A stretch of DNA of 64,000 nt, from NCBI GenBank assembly GCA_963662335.2, contig CAXXVD010000001.1:1-64000 (forward strand). The letters are read 5' to 3'. A program made the translations under genes and the position numbers. Under the pieces are notes generated by a model, which was given only the letters and a program-made list of their open reading frames with translations, searched no databases and was not told where the DNA came from. The stretch comes from Chloroflexota bacterium (lineage in GTDB: Bacteria > Chloroflexota > UBA11872 > VXOZ01). Shown in pieces: positions 29,275 through 39,316 of this stretch (position 1 is the stretch's first letter; each line of letters begins with the position of its first letter).

Positions 29275-29590
29275 GTAGCGCGGGGGCTTGTCCCCCGCCT
29301 CTTGGCGTCTCACGCGCATCTCGCCAGCCGTAGCGCGGGGGCTTGTCCCCAATGCTGTCTCATTAGACTCAAATGGCGATGCGAACCACGCCTCGCACTT
29401 CCGGTAGCGCAGGTTTGTAACCTGCGAGGCTGTGGAAGTCAATCCTTGCGAGTGCGTTTCTCTTGCTCCAGCGGGGGACAAGCCCCCGCGCTACGTTAAA
29501 TGAGACAGTGTTGGGGCTCGTCCCCCGCCTCTTGGAGTCTCACGGGCATCTCGCCAGTCGTAGCGCGGGGGCTTGTCCCCCGCCTCTTGG
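29275..29590. repeat. 55-bp-period REP array interrupted by a MITE-like insert
   Basis: GTAG REPs at 29275, 29330 and 29560; repeated CTCTTGG.GTCTCACG.GCATCTCGCCAG spacer. Confidence 0.85.
29351..29512. mobile_element. Putative non-autonomous MITE (162 bp) carrying a REPIN
   Basis: TIRs AATGCTGTCTCATT / AATGAGACAGTGTT; flanking 13-bp near-duplication GGGGCT(T/C)GTCCCC; sister copy at 62747-62906. Confidence 0.6.
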
Positions 29591-29639
29591 CGCGGAATCC
29601 CAGACACAACCTCGAACAGCAAGGCTCAGGCAACACGCT

Positions 29640-30161
29640 CTAGGTCAGGACCTCCGGCGCTGCGCCCGTGTACCAATTCTGATCCGCAAAGTGCCGGGTC
29701 TCTTCCAAACCGGTCGCCGCCGCCAGGATACTCTCCATCGTTTCTCTCGTGACCGGGTGTTCCAGGTGCGGGGCGATCTCCGTCAAGGGACAGAGCGCAA
29801 AGCCGCGTTCGGTCAGGCGCGGATGCGGAATAGTCAGCGCCGGGGTTGCGATTTTGCGCTCACCATAGAGCAAGATGTCGATGTCGAGCGTGCGCGGCGC
29901 GTTGGGAAACGACCGCGCCCGGCCGAGCGCGCTCTCGATGTCCAAAGCAAACCGCAGCAGTTCCAGCGGCTTCAACTCCGTGTCGCCCTCTAGCACGGCG
30001 TTGAGGAACCACGGTTGGCGCGCGTAACCCACCGGCTCGGTCTCGTAGACCGACGACACCTGGGTGAGCATGACCTCTGCGTGCAGCCGGGCCGCCGCCC
30101 GCCGGAGATTGGCAAGCCGATCCCCCACGTTGCTGCCCAGTCCGAGATAGACTACCGCCAT
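29640..30161 (-). CDS. folK: 2-amino-4-hydroxy-6-hydroxymethyldihydropteridine diphosphokinase
   Basis: YLGLGSNVGDR, SSVYETEP, PRTLDIDIL, IPHPR. Confidence 0.97.
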   Translation of the reverse strand: MAVVYLGLGSNVGDRLANLRRAAARLHAEVMLTQVSSVYETEPVGYARQPWFLNAVLEGDTELKPLELLRFALDIESALGRARSFPNAPRTLDIDILLYGERKIATPALTIPHPRLTERGFALCPLTEIAPHLEHPVTRETMESILAAATGLEETRHFADQNWYTGAAPEVLT

Positions 30162-30341
30162 TGCCGCGTTCCCCCTGCCGCTTGCGCACTCTTGTTTACA
30201 TGCAGAATTTCGCCCGCCCCTGTCCCGCGACGCGCGCGGAAAGAAGCGACAATCACCATGGTCGTCTGCCGGCTACAAAGAGGAACGAAAGTGCAATTGA
30301 GCCGGCTTGACCGTCAATACCGTGAAAACAGCGCAACGAAG

Positions 30342-30538
30342 CCGTTCGCCCTGAGCGTCGTCGAAGGGTGAACGGCGGCTTGAGCGTGTAGCAACTCCGC
30401 ACGCACATCTCTCCGTTCATACTTCGACAAGGGCTTCGCGCAGCCCTCAGCACGAACGGAGAGATATGCGTTTCTTTGCATTCCCTAGTGCGAGCGCTCC
30501 ACGGCCATGGTAATTCCCGCTTTCGCGGGATTGACGGA
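30342..30538. repeat. Palindromic repeats (CCGTTCGCCCTGAGC..GAAGGG pair; ATTCCCGCTTTCGCGGGA)
   Basis: Inverted pair at 30342-30460; half element at ~30513-30538. Confidence 0.7.
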
Positions 30539-30576
30539 TTCCGTCGCGCAGTTTTCAGGATTTTGCCCTACTGCGC

Positions 30577-31158
30577 TCACGTCACTTGCAGCGCAAAGCG
30601 GTCGCAAACGGTATACTGCGCGCCGCCCGGCTTCAGTTCACTCCGCATGAGCGCAACGTCTCGCACCGGCAGGGCGATTGGCGCAGAGTCTTGCTGCGCT
30701 CGCGCCCACTCTTCCAGCAAGCGCCGCTCCCATAGCTCAGCGCCATCGCGCACCCGCGCCAGCGTAAGGTGGGGCGAAAACGAGCGTCTCTCGCGCGGGA
30801 AGCCGCCGCGCTCCAGCAGCCGCTCCGTCCTGCCGTGCAACCGCCGGAGTTGGTCATGGGTATCCTCTATGGTTGCCCAGACCATGTGCGCCGCCCCGCG
30901 CCTGCGCACGACTTTCACGCCGGATATCGAAACCTCGAAACGCCCCACGCCCGCCGCCGCGCGCTCCATCGTCTCGACGATTGCGGCTTTCCGCTGCGGC
31001 GGCGTGTCGCCAAAGAACTTCAATGTAACGTGTATGTTCTCTACCGGCGTCCAGCGCACCCTGGCGGCGCGCGCGGCAACCGGGCCTATGCGCTCCGCCA
31101 ATGCGCTCCGCGCGCTGCCGGGCAGCGTAATCGCGAGAAAGAGACGTTCGGATTCCAT
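30577..31158 (-). CDS. thpR: RNA 2',3'-cyclic phosphodiesterase (2H family)
   Basis: RLFLAI, HVTLKFFG, FSPHLTLAR, SELKPGG..Y. Confidence 0.93.
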   Translation of the reverse strand: MESERLFLAITLPGSARSALAERIGPVAARAARVRWTPVENIHVTLKFFGDTPPQRKAAIVETMERAAAGVGRFEVSISGVKVVRRRGAAHMVWATIEDTHDQLRRLHGRTERLLERGGFPRERRSFSPHLTLARVRDGAELWERRLLEEWARAQQDSAPIALPVRDVALMRSELKPGGAQYTVCDRFALQVT

Positions 31159-31495
31159 TTGGCCCGTTCCGCATGCCATCCGCGCATGCGCCGAGCGCCA
31201 GCGGCCCGCATAGCCCTTGGCGCTTCTACCGCTGACAGCGACTTGTATACAATAGCCGACTCAACGTGTCACTCCGATCTGAGCGCAGCGGGGTGAAGAA
31301 GCCAGAGCGCAGCCATACAAGACCGGCATCTCTAGATTCCCCGCTGCGCTCGGAATGACATCTACATACGCTTGTCAGCGCCCCTACCGACAGACATCCT
31401 TGTCACCCGCTCTTCGCGGAAAGTATAATCGCTGTGAAATCGGCCCGTCTACTTCACGCCCAAAGGACGGCGTTCCGCGCGCCAAGGCACACCGC

Positions 31496-32413
31496 ATGAA
31501 CGTACGCAAAGGCGTCTTTCTCGTTGCCGGCTTGGGCACCCGCACCCTGCCGGCGGCGAAGTCGATTCCCAAAGTCATGCTGCCGCTTGCCGATAAACCG
31601 GCAATCCACTACGTGGTGGAGGAGGCGGTGGCGGCCGGCATCGAGCAGGTCATCCTCGTGACGTCCGCGGGCAACCAGGCCATCGAAGACTATTTCGACA
31701 CCGCCTATCGCCTGGAAGAAAGCCTGGCCGCGCGGGGCAAGGACGCGGAACTCGCGGAATTGCAGGCGCTCAAGGAGATGGCAACCGTGATTGGCGTGCG
31801 CCAGCACGCGCCGCTGGGCACCGGCGACGCCGTGCGCACGGCGCGCAGCGTGGTGGGCGATGAGCCGTTTGCCGTCTTTCTCCCGGACGACGTCATCGAC
31901 GGCGAGCCGCCGGCCATCGGCCAACTCATCGACGCGCACCACATCCACGGCGGCGAGGTCGTGGCCGTCATGCCCGTGCCGCCTGCCCACGTGGACCGCT
32001 ACGGCATCGTGGAGGGTGACCCGGTTCCCGTGCGCCCTGAGCTTGGCGCAGGACCGGCAGCGCCAGGCATCCGGCGGCTGAGCCGCCTCATCGAGAAACC
32101 GCCCATCAGCGAGGCCCCGACAAATCTCGCGATTGTGGGCCGCTACGTCTTCACGCCGGCGATTTTCGACTACATCGACCGCACGCCGGCCGGCGCCGGC
32201 GGTGAGGTCCAAATCACCGACGCCATCAACGCGTTGGCGCAAGAGGGCCAGGTCTACTCCTGCGAATTCACCGGTAAACGCTACGACATGGGCGACAAGG
32301 TGGGCTACCTGAGCGCCTCGATTGACCTCGCGCTCAAACGGCCCGATCTGCGGCCCGGCTTGCTGGACTACCTGCGCGGCCTCGACCTTGACCAGTTGGA
32401 ATCCGCAAAGTGA
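31496..32413 (+). CDS. galU: UTP-glucose-1-phosphate uridylyltransferase
   Basis: AGLGTR.LP..K.IPK.MLP, VVEEAVAAGIE, IEKP, GEVQITDA. Confidence 0.93.
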   Translation: MNVRKGVFLVAGLGTRTLPAAKSIPKVMLPLADKPAIHYVVEEAVAAGIEQVILVTSAGNQAIEDYFDTAYRLEESLAARGKDAELAELQALKEMATVIGVRQHAPLGTGDAVRTARSVVGDEPFAVFLPDDVIDGEPPAIGQLIDAHHIHGGEVVAVMPVPPAHVDRYGIVEGDPVPVRPELGAGPAAPGIRRLSRLIEKPPISEAPTNLAIVGRYVFTPAIFDYIDRTPAGAGGEVQITDAINALAQEGQVYSCEFTGKRYDMGDKVGYLSASIDLALKRPDLRPGLLDYLRGLDLDQLESAK

Positions 32414-33525
32414 GCGCCGAGTGCCACGCAAATGCGGGAGCGGCGCGCGCTCAGTTGCTTGCGGAACTTGCCGCGCGCCGCGAGCGGGTCTACGACTATC
32501 TGCAAGCGGCGGTCGCGCGCGCGGACTTGCGGTCACTGCACCTTGGCGACGCGCTGGCAAGCTACGTCGAGCGGCCCGGCAAGGGCCTGCGCGCCGGCGT
32601 GCTGCTCTTCGCCTGCCGCGCGGCCGGCGGTGATGAAGCGCGCGCCGTTCCCGCCGCCGCCGCCGTTGAACTCTACCACGTCTGGACGCTGGTGCACGAC
32701 GACATCATCGACCGGGACGACCTGCGCCGGGGCCGGCCGACGGTGCACGCGGCCTTTGCCCAACGCGCCCAACGGGAATTGGGCTTGGACGATGCTGACG
32801 CCGCCCACTATGGGCTGACCCAAGCCCTGCTGGCGGGAGACTTGCAGCAAGGATTGTCGGCGGCGCTGCTTACGGAAATTGCCACGAAACACGGCGCGAA
32901 CCCCCTTCTGACCGCGCATCTCGTCGCGGAACTCTTTGGCGCGGTAGAGACGCAACTCGTGGACGGCGAGGCGCTGGACGTGCAATTCAGCCTGCAAGAC
33001 CCGGCAGGCGCGACCGAGGCGGCAATTCTCGACATGATGGCGAAGAAGACCGGCGCACTCTACGCCTTCGCCGCCACGGCCGGCGCGTGCATCGGCCGCG
33101 ACGCCTGGCAGCCGGAGCATCCGCTGGTCGCGGGCCTGGCCTCTTTTGCCCGCAACTGCGGCATCGCCTTTCAGCTACAAGACGACGTGCTCGGCATCGT
33201 CGGTGATGCGGCGGTCACTGGCAAGCCGGTTGGCGCGGACCTGCGCGAGGGCAAACGCACGCTCATCGTGCGGGCCGCGCTGGGCCGGGCTAACGCCGCG
33301 CAGCGGACAAGTCTACTTGGCGTACTCGGCAACCGCGCCACGACTGACGAACAGGTGGCGGAGGCGACGCGGCTGTTGCAAGACCTGGGCGGCATAGACT
33401 ACGCGCGTTCACTGGCCGACGACTACGTTGCGCGGGCCCGCCTGGCGCTGGCGAGGGTTCCTCCCGGCCGCTACCGCGAACTGCTGCACGCGCTGGCGGA
33501 TTTCGTGTTGGATAGAGACGCGTAG
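32410..33525 (+). CDS. Short-chain polyprenyl diphosphate synthase (FPP/GGPP type)
   Basis: GKGLR, WTLVHDDIID.DDLRRG (FARM), KTGALY, AFQLQDD, DLREGK. Confidence 0.93.
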   Translation: MSAECHANAGAARAQLLAELAARRERVYDYLQAAVARADLRSLHLGDALASYVERPGKGLRAGVLLFACRAAGGDEARAVPAAAAVELYHVWTLVHDDIIDRDDLRRGRPTVHAAFAQRAQRELGLDDADAAHYGLTQALLAGDLQQGLSAALLTEIATKHGANPLLTAHLVAELFGAVETQLVDGEALDVQFSLQDPAGATEAAILDMMAKKTGALYAFAATAGACIGRDAWQPEHPLVAGLASFARNCGIAFQLQDDVLGIVGDAAVTGKPVGADLREGKRTLIVRAALGRANAAQRTSLLGVLGNRATTDEQVAEATRLLQDLGGIDYARSLADDYVARARLALARVPPGRYRELLHALADFVLDRDA

Positions 33526-33737
33526 GCGCCTGTTGGATAGAGACGCCTAGGCGCCTGCGGTACGGTTTGCCGCCGTAAGTGGCAGACCCTGTCTTGTATT
33601 CTTTGCCGGCAACGCCAGTGTCATTGCCGGCCACGCCAATGTCATTGCTGGCCACGCCAATGTCATTCCGAGCGCAGCGAGGAATCTAGATGGTACCCGA
33701 CTCTAGATTCTTCGTCGCTGCGCTCCTCAGAATGACA
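33506..33737. repeat. 25-bp tandem duplication over the stop codon, then 21-bp tandem repeats leading into a palindromic element pair
   Basis: TGTTGGATAGAGACGC(G/C)TAGGCGCC x2; TGTCATTGC(C/T)GGCCACGCCAA x2 plus a degenerate copy; element at 33661-33737. Confidence 0.85.
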
Positions 33738-33962
33738 ATTGGGAGTGCGCTAAGGCCTTGAAGAGTTCGCGTGTCCTGGGTCTGGCCGGTCCAAGCCAAG
33801 ACTTCCAGTTGCATTCAGCCGCCGGGTTTGCAATCCGGCGAACGGTGACGTACGCTAACGCCAAGGAATTCGGCTTGGATGGAACCTACACTTAAGGCGA
33901 GAATTTCGTTGTAAACGCGGCCTTGTGCAAGCCGCACACTCCGGACCGGAGGAGGTATCGGC

Positions 33963-34997
33963 ATGGCAGACGAAATGGGCGTCGGCTTGATTGGACCCGG
34001 CTGGGTCGCCAGCGAGCACATACGCGCCTTCAACAACAACCCGCACACCCGCATGGTCGCCGTGTGCAGCCGCGACCTGGGGCGGGCGCAGGGCGCGATC
34101 GACGAGTTCGGCCTGGACGCCAAGCCCTACACCGACTACGAGCAGATGCTCGCCGATCCCAACGTGGACATCGTCTCCATCTGCACGCCCAACTTCGCTC
34201 ACGCCGAGCAGGGCGCGCTGGCCGCTGAGGCGAACAAGCACCTCGTCATCGAGAAGCCGATCGCCATCTCCCCGGAGCAGTTGGAACGCCTCGTGAAGGC
34301 CGTCAAGAAGGCCGGCGTGAAGAGCGTGGTGAGTTTCGTGTTGCGCTGGAACCCGTTGGTGCAAACGCTCCACCACCGGCGCGTGGCCGGCGATTTTGGC
34401 CGCATCGTCTATGCCGAGGCCGACTACATGCACGAGGTCGGCTACCTGCGTCCGCCGGGTCACTGGGGACGCTACCAGGAAAACGTCGGCAGCGCCATGC
34501 TCTCCGGCGGCAGCCACGCCATGGACTGCATTCGCTGGCTCACCGGCAAGGACGTAGAAAGTGTCTCCGCCTACTCCACGCCGGTGCGCCTGGAAGAGAA
34601 GGGCTTCGACTTTCCGCTTACCACGGCGGCGGTGCTGCAAATGTCGGACGGCGTGGTGGGCCGGGTGACCGCTACCATGGAAGCCCACATGCCGTACGTC
34701 TTTCACATGTCGTTGCAGGGAGACGGAGGTTCGGCCCGCAACAATCAAATCTATTCAACGGCTTTTCCCGGCTTGACCGGCTTCATGGACATTCCCACGG
34801 TGCCGCCGGACTCCGGCGACGTGGCGCATCACCCCTTCCAGGGCGAGATCGACCACATCGTCGATTGCATCCTAAACGATGAGGACTCCTACGCCGATAT
34901 CTTCGACTCGATCAACTCCCATGAAGCGTGCTTTGCCGCCGACATTTCCGCCGCGGAGGGCCGTCCCGTTGCGCTGCCGCTGATTGGCGATATCTAG
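33963..34997 (+). CDS. Gfo/Idh/MocA family oxidoreductase
   Basis: VGLIGPG, ICTPNFAH, IEKP, GGSHAMD. Confidence 0.93.
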   Translation: MADEMGVGLIGPGWVASEHIRAFNNNPHTRMVAVCSRDLGRAQGAIDEFGLDAKPYTDYEQMLADPNVDIVSICTPNFAHAEQGALAAEANKHLVIEKPIAISPEQLERLVKAVKKAGVKSVVSFVLRWNPLVQTLHHRRVAGDFGRIVYAEADYMHEVGYLRPPGHWGRYQENVGSAMLSGGSHAMDCIRWLTGKDVESVSAYSTPVRLEEKGFDFPLTTAAVLQMSDGVVGRVTATMEAHMPYVFHMSLQGDGGSARNNQIYSTAFPGLTGFMDIPTVPPDSGDVAHHPFQGEIDHIVDCILNDEDSYADIFDSINSHEACFAADISAAEGRPVALPLIGDI

Positions 34998-35015
34998 AGC
35001 GAGTGGAGCGCCGCC

Positions 35016-35849
35016 ATGCCAGTAGTCGAGTCCCACGTGCACGTTTGGACGCAGGACGAGCGGTATCCGTTTGCGCCCACGCTGCCGGACGTGCCCGTTC
35101 CCGCCACGGAGGCCACGGCCGAGATGCTGCTGGCGGAAACGGCGCAGGCCGGCGTCGACCACGTGGTGCTGGTGCAGCCGAGCACGTACGGCTGGGACAA
35201 CCGCTACCTGGCGGACTGCATCGCCCGCTACCCGCAACAACTCGCGGGCGTTTGCCTGGTGGATCCGCTTGATGAGCGCGCGCCGGAGCAACTCGCGCAC
35301 TGGGTCACTGAGCGGGGCTTTCACGGCGTGCGGCTCCACGCGGTGCGCCCCGACAGCGCCGCGTGGTTCACCACCGCGCAGACCGAGCGCATTTGGCGCC
35401 AAGCCGCCGACCTGGGCATCCCAATCTGCATTCTCATGGACCTGGAGCACGCGCCGCTGGTGGCGGAGATGGCGCGGCGCTTTCCGCAGGTGGATATCGT
35501 CATCGACCACATGGGGCGCATCGACGTAACCGAACAGCCGCCGTATCCCAAGTTCAGCGGCCTGCTGGAACTTGCCGACCACCCGCGCACGTTCGCCAAA
35601 GTCTCCGGCATGTTGCACTACAGCGGCGAGCCGTATCCGTACGCCGACGCGCACCCGTTCTTCCGCATGGCCAAGGACGCCTGGGGCCCGCAGCGGCTCA
35701 TGTGGGGCACCGACTGGCCGATGCTGCTGGACAAAGCCGGCTACCTGCCGCGGCTAAGCGCCGTGCGCGACGAGATGTCCTTCTTCAGCCAGGCGGATCT
35801 GGAGTGGGTGCTTGGCAAGACCGCCCTCCGGCTCTGGCAGTTCGCGTAA
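35016..35849 (+). CDS. Amidohydrolase_2 family (sugar lactonase-like)
   Basis: ESHVHVW, VLVQPS.YGWDN, VIDHMG, LMWGTDWP. Confidence 0.9.
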   Translation: MPVVESHVHVWTQDERYPFAPTLPDVPVPATEATAEMLLAETAQAGVDHVVLVQPSTYGWDNRYLADCIARYPQQLAGVCLVDPLDERAPEQLAHWVTERGFHGVRLHAVRPDSAAWFTTAQTERIWRQAADLGIPICILMDLEHAPLVAEMARRFPQVDIVIDHMGRIDVTEQPPYPKFSGLLELADHPRTFAKVSGMLHYSGEPYPYADAHPFFRMAKDAWGPQRLMWGTDWPMLLDKAGYLPRLSAVRDEMSFFSQADLEWVLGKTALRLWQFA

Positions 35850-35960
35850 GCGCGGGCGCGACGCGCGGCGCCCCGTCGCGGAGACTGTGCGAATGCCCGG
35901 CGAGGGCATACTCCCTCGCTCACCGGTCTCACCGAGCCGTCCAAGCAGGAGAAACAAAGG

Positions 35961-37478
35961 ATGCCAGGACAGCGTAGACTTGGCAGACCGGCGGTAACGC
36001 TTCTTATCGCGCTGGTCCTCAGCCTCGCGTTTCCCGCAGTGCCGCTCAGCGCCGACCACTCGCTCGATGAGGCCATTGACGGCGGCCGCTTCTACAAGCA
36101 GGCGAACGGCTTTGGCGGCTGGGGTGAGCGGGGCTATGCAATCTGGGACGGGCCGGACGGAGAAAACTTCTACAGCGCGTTCCGCCGGTTTGGCGGCGTG
36201 AAAACGCTCGGCTATCCCGCCTCGCGCCGGTACGAGGTAGACGGCTTCATCTATCTGGTCACCCAGGGCGCGCTGCTCCAGTACCACCCCGGCTTGCAGC
36301 GCATATTTCTCGCCAACACGTTTGAGATCCTCGAACGCGCCGGCCTGAACGACCTGCTGCTGGCGCGGGGCATTCCAGATTCGATTGCCGACGACGGGTC
36401 CGGCGGCGACTTTGCCAAGGCGCGGGCAACGCGGCTCGGCTGGCTCACGCACGACGCCATCAAGCGGCGCTACCTGCGCGCCGGCGGTGAGAACGCGGCA
36501 ATCGCGCGCTACGGCCTGCCCATGTCCCAGCCACAGGCGTTTGGCCCGTTCATCGCCCAGCGTTTCCAGCGAATTACCCTTCAATACTGGACTGAGGACG
36601 TGCCCGGCATTGCCAGGCGCGGGGACGTCACGACCGTGCTGGGCGGCGACCTCCTGAAGGAGTTCGTCCTGTTGCCACTGGAGGCGCTCGCGCCGCACCG
36701 GAGCGATGAGCGTCCCCCGCCCGTCGCCGGCGGGGCGGCGCACCGGGAGTCGCGCTTCAGCCACGTGCTTGGCGTGGGCGAATCGGTATTCACCGGCTCC
36801 CCCGCCGTGCGCGTACACAACATGGCTCTGGCCGCCGCCAAGCTCGACGGCGCCGTCATCCCGGCCGGCGCGGCGTTCTCCGTGCTGGACGCGCTCGGCC
36901 CGATTACCGAGGACGCCGGCTACCAAAAGAGTCTCATAATCTGGGGAGACCAAACCATCGAGGGCATCGGCGGCGGTGTCTGCCAGGTGTCGACGACGCT
37001 CTTCCGCGCCGCGTTCTGGGCGGGACTGCCAATCACGGAGCGCAATCAGCATACGTACCGCCTCCAATACTATGAGATGGACGGCAGCCCGCCGGGATTC
37101 GATGCCGCCGTCTTCAACCCGGGCCTCGACCTCAAGTTCGTCAATGACTCCGAGCATTCGATTTTGATCCAGGCGCGTTTCAACGAGCGAAACGCGACGC
37201 TCGCGTTCATTCTGCGCGGCGCGGACTTGAACCGCGCGGTGGAGATGCTGCCCGTTGTCGAGAAGAATGAGACCGCGCCGGGACCGCCCCTGCCGGACAG
37301 ACCGGACCCAAACCTGCCTCTCGGGGTGCGTAAACAGGTGGAATGGGCGGCGGTCGGCCTCGTAACCGGCATCAAGCGGAAAGTAGTGGCGGACGGCGCT
37401 ACCCGCATCGACGAATTCTGGAGTGACTTCGCTCCCTGGCGCGAGCAATGGGCGGTGGGGACGGGCGCGGCGGAATAG
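35961..37478 (+). CDS. Secreted VanW-domain protein with uncharacterised N-terminal module
   Basis: Signal peptide; GIGGGVCQVSTTLFRA, ERNQH, DAAV..PGLDLKFVND. Confidence 0.88.
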   Translation: MPGQRRLGRPAVTLLIALVLSLAFPAVPLSADHSLDEAIDGGRFYKQANGFGGWGERGYAIWDGPDGENFYSAFRRFGGVKTLGYPASRRYEVDGFIYLVTQGALLQYHPGLQRIFLANTFEILERAGLNDLLLARGIPDSIADDGSGGDFAKARATRLGWLTHDAIKRRYLRAGGENAAIARYGLPMSQPQAFGPFIAQRFQRITLQYWTEDVPGIARRGDVTTVLGGDLLKEFVLLPLEALAPHRSDERPPPVAGGAAHRESRFSHVLGVGESVFTGSPAVRVHNMALAAAKLDGAVIPAGAAFSVLDALGPITEDAGYQKSLIIWGDQTIEGIGGGVCQVSTTLFRAAFWAGLPITERNQHTYRLQYYEMDGSPPGFDAAVFNPGLDLKFVNDSEHSILIQARFNERNATLAFILRGADLNRAVEMLPVVEKNETAPGPPLPDRPDPNLPLGVRKQVEWAAVGLVTGIKRKVVADGATRIDEFWSDFAPWREQWAVGTGAAE

Positions 37479-37494
37479 CGGTCTTGCCTTTGAC

Positions 37495-37529
37495 GGCGTA
37501 GGGGGCACGACGTGTCGTGCCCCTACGCC
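37495..37529. repeat. GTAG...CTAC palindromic REP between convergent genes
   Basis: GGCGTAGGGGGCACGACGTGTCGTGCCCCTACGCC. Confidence 0.7.
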
Positions 37530-37650
37530 TGTTGCGGCCCATCGCGGGCGCCCGTGTATAGCGTCCTTCATTTCTAATTCGACAGGATTGCGCTCTAGCC
37601 CCCGCGCTACGTTGATACCACGTATGGGGGCTTTACTCGTGCAGCGGCGC

Positions 37651-38424
37651 TCAACGGTTGATGAATTGCCGCTCGAACGCGGTGACAACGCCCAGCAATT
37701 CTTCGTCGAGGCGCGAGAGGCTGAATTCCCGAATTTCCGATGGCACGCCGCCGAAGTAGGGTTCCGCGATCGAACCGGTGATGCACGCCAGCGTGTCGGC
37801 GTCCCCGCCCAGCGAGATCGCGTTGCGAATCGCGTCCTCGAAGTCATCCGCCTCCAGGAAGGCCGTCAGCGCTTCCGGCACCGTCTCCTGGCAGGTCTCG
37901 TTGAAAGAATACCCCGGTCGAATCTCGTCCAGCGAGCGCCGCAAGTCATACCCGCACACCGTTTCCGCAAACTGCCTGATGTCATCTTTCCCGCCGCCCG
38001 TGCGCGCCAGGAAGATCGCGCCGGCCGTGGCCTGCGCTCCCCGGATGCCCTCCGGGTGGTTGTGCGTCACCGCCGCGCTCTGTTCCGCGAGCGCCAGCGC
38101 GTCATCCAGGCTCTCCGCGACGTAGGCCGCCGGACTCACCCGCATCGCCGACCCGTTGCCAAAACTGCAGTACGGCTCCCAGGAGTCCGATGAGGCCCAC
38201 TCATGAAATGAAAGGCCGTAGCCGGCGCCGGGATACCGCTGGTAGTAGAGTTTCAGCGTAACGGCGTAGTCGAGTTCCTGTAGATACGCCTCACCAAGCG
38301 CGACCGTCAACACGGTGTCGTCCGTAAAGAAACAGCCGGTATCCAGAAGAGTGAAATCCTTCGTCTTAATGGCGTTGTACTCGTGCACCGAGCCGATGAC
38401 GTCGCCGGCAATCGCGCCAATCAT
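37651..38424 (-). CDS. ADP-ribosylglycohydrolase family protein
   Basis: GAIAGDVIGS, FTDDT, GNGSAMRVSP, THNHPEG, GGDADT. Confidence 0.93.
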   Translation of the reverse strand: MIGAIAGDVIGSVHEYNAIKTKDFTLLDTGCFFTDDTVLTVALGEAYLQELDYAVTLKLYYQRYPGAGYGLSFHEWASSDSWEPYCSFGNGSAMRVSPAAYVAESLDDALALAEQSAAVTHNHPEGIRGAQATAGAIFLARTGGGKDDIRQFAETVCGYDLRRSLDEIRPGYSFNETCQETVPEALTAFLEADDFEDAIRNAISLGGDADTLACITGSIAEPYFGGVPSEIREFSLSRLDEELLGVVTAFERQFINR

Positions 38425-38440
38425 GGCAGACCCCCACAGT

Positions 38441-39316
38441 CTACTGTGCGTTGATGAAGAAGATAGCAAAGAGCGTGAGCACGACACCCACCGCGGTCAG
38501 GCGTCCGAACCGCTCGCCAAAGAGCACCATGCCGCCGACCAGCGTCGTGACCAGCCCAACGGTAGCCGTGAGCGGGAAGACGACGGTGCCCGGCAGGACT
38601 TCCAGCGCGCCGAGCAGCATGACGATCTGGAAGAGGTTGGCCGCTCCCATGAAAACGCCCAGGCCGACGTTGTGCTTCACAGACGTCCGGCGCCCGTCGG
38701 TCAGCCGGAAGCGCTTGCGCAGCGGCCAGACGAACCCGACGCCCAGGGTGGCCGCAACGAAGAGCGAGGCGGTGTAGAGCGGTTGGTACTCCGGCGTGCT
38801 CCACACGGCAAAGGCCTTCGCCGCCGTGAATCCCGCTCCCGAGAGCAGCAGCACCACGAGCAGCACACCCCAGGTCCACAACGAGCGCCCGCGCTCGCCC
38901 CGCGCCGCCTGGTGCGCGTCCGCGCCCAGCAACGGCAGCGCCACGAACGCTATCGCGAGACCGACAACTTGCAGCGCGGTCGGCTGCTCGCCCCACAGGA
39001 AGATGGAAGCCAGCGTTGGCACGGCGATTGACAGGCGCACGATGCCGAACGTGATGCCGATCCCAACCAGTTCCACCACCGTGAAGAGCACGGCCAGGCT
39101 AATCTGGTACTGCAGGCCGTTGATCACGCCCAGTGCAATTACCAGCAGGTCCAGATTGGGTACGTCGTTCAGCGCCGCCCATGCGAGCGCCAACACCGCC
39201 GCCACCGCGTAGTTGATCGTGCCGACGGTCAGGTAGTTGAACTTCCCGCTCCGCGCCCAGCGCAGGGACATGGCAAACACGAAGTTGCCGAAGATCTGGC
39301 CGGCGACGTAGATCAT
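38441..39316 (-). CDS. DMT/EamA-type membrane transporter
   Basis: About 10 hydrophobic segments in two repeats ending LWGEQP and LFGERF; ATGA overlap with the upstream gene. Confidence 0.8.
   Translation of the reverse strand: MIYVAGQIFGNFVFAMSLRWARSGKFNYLTVGTINYAVAAVLALAWAALNDVPNLDLLVIALGVINGLQYQISLAVLFTVVELVGIGITFGIVRLSIAVPTLASIFLWGEQPTALQVVGLAIAFVALPLLGADAHQAARGERGRSLWTWGVLLVVLLLSGAGFTAAKAFAVWSTPEYQPLYTASLFVAATLGVGFVWPLRKRFRLTDGRRTSVKHNVGLGVFMGAANLFQIVMLLGALEVLPGTVVFPLTATVGLVTTLVGGMVLFGERFGRLTAVGVVLTLFAIFFINAQ

Noticed and set aside
29275-29590. CRISPR-like periodic repeats (also 33595-33690 and 24854-25033)
   Set aside because: The spacers are repeated rather than unique, the repeats are dispersed REP families, and there are no cas genes
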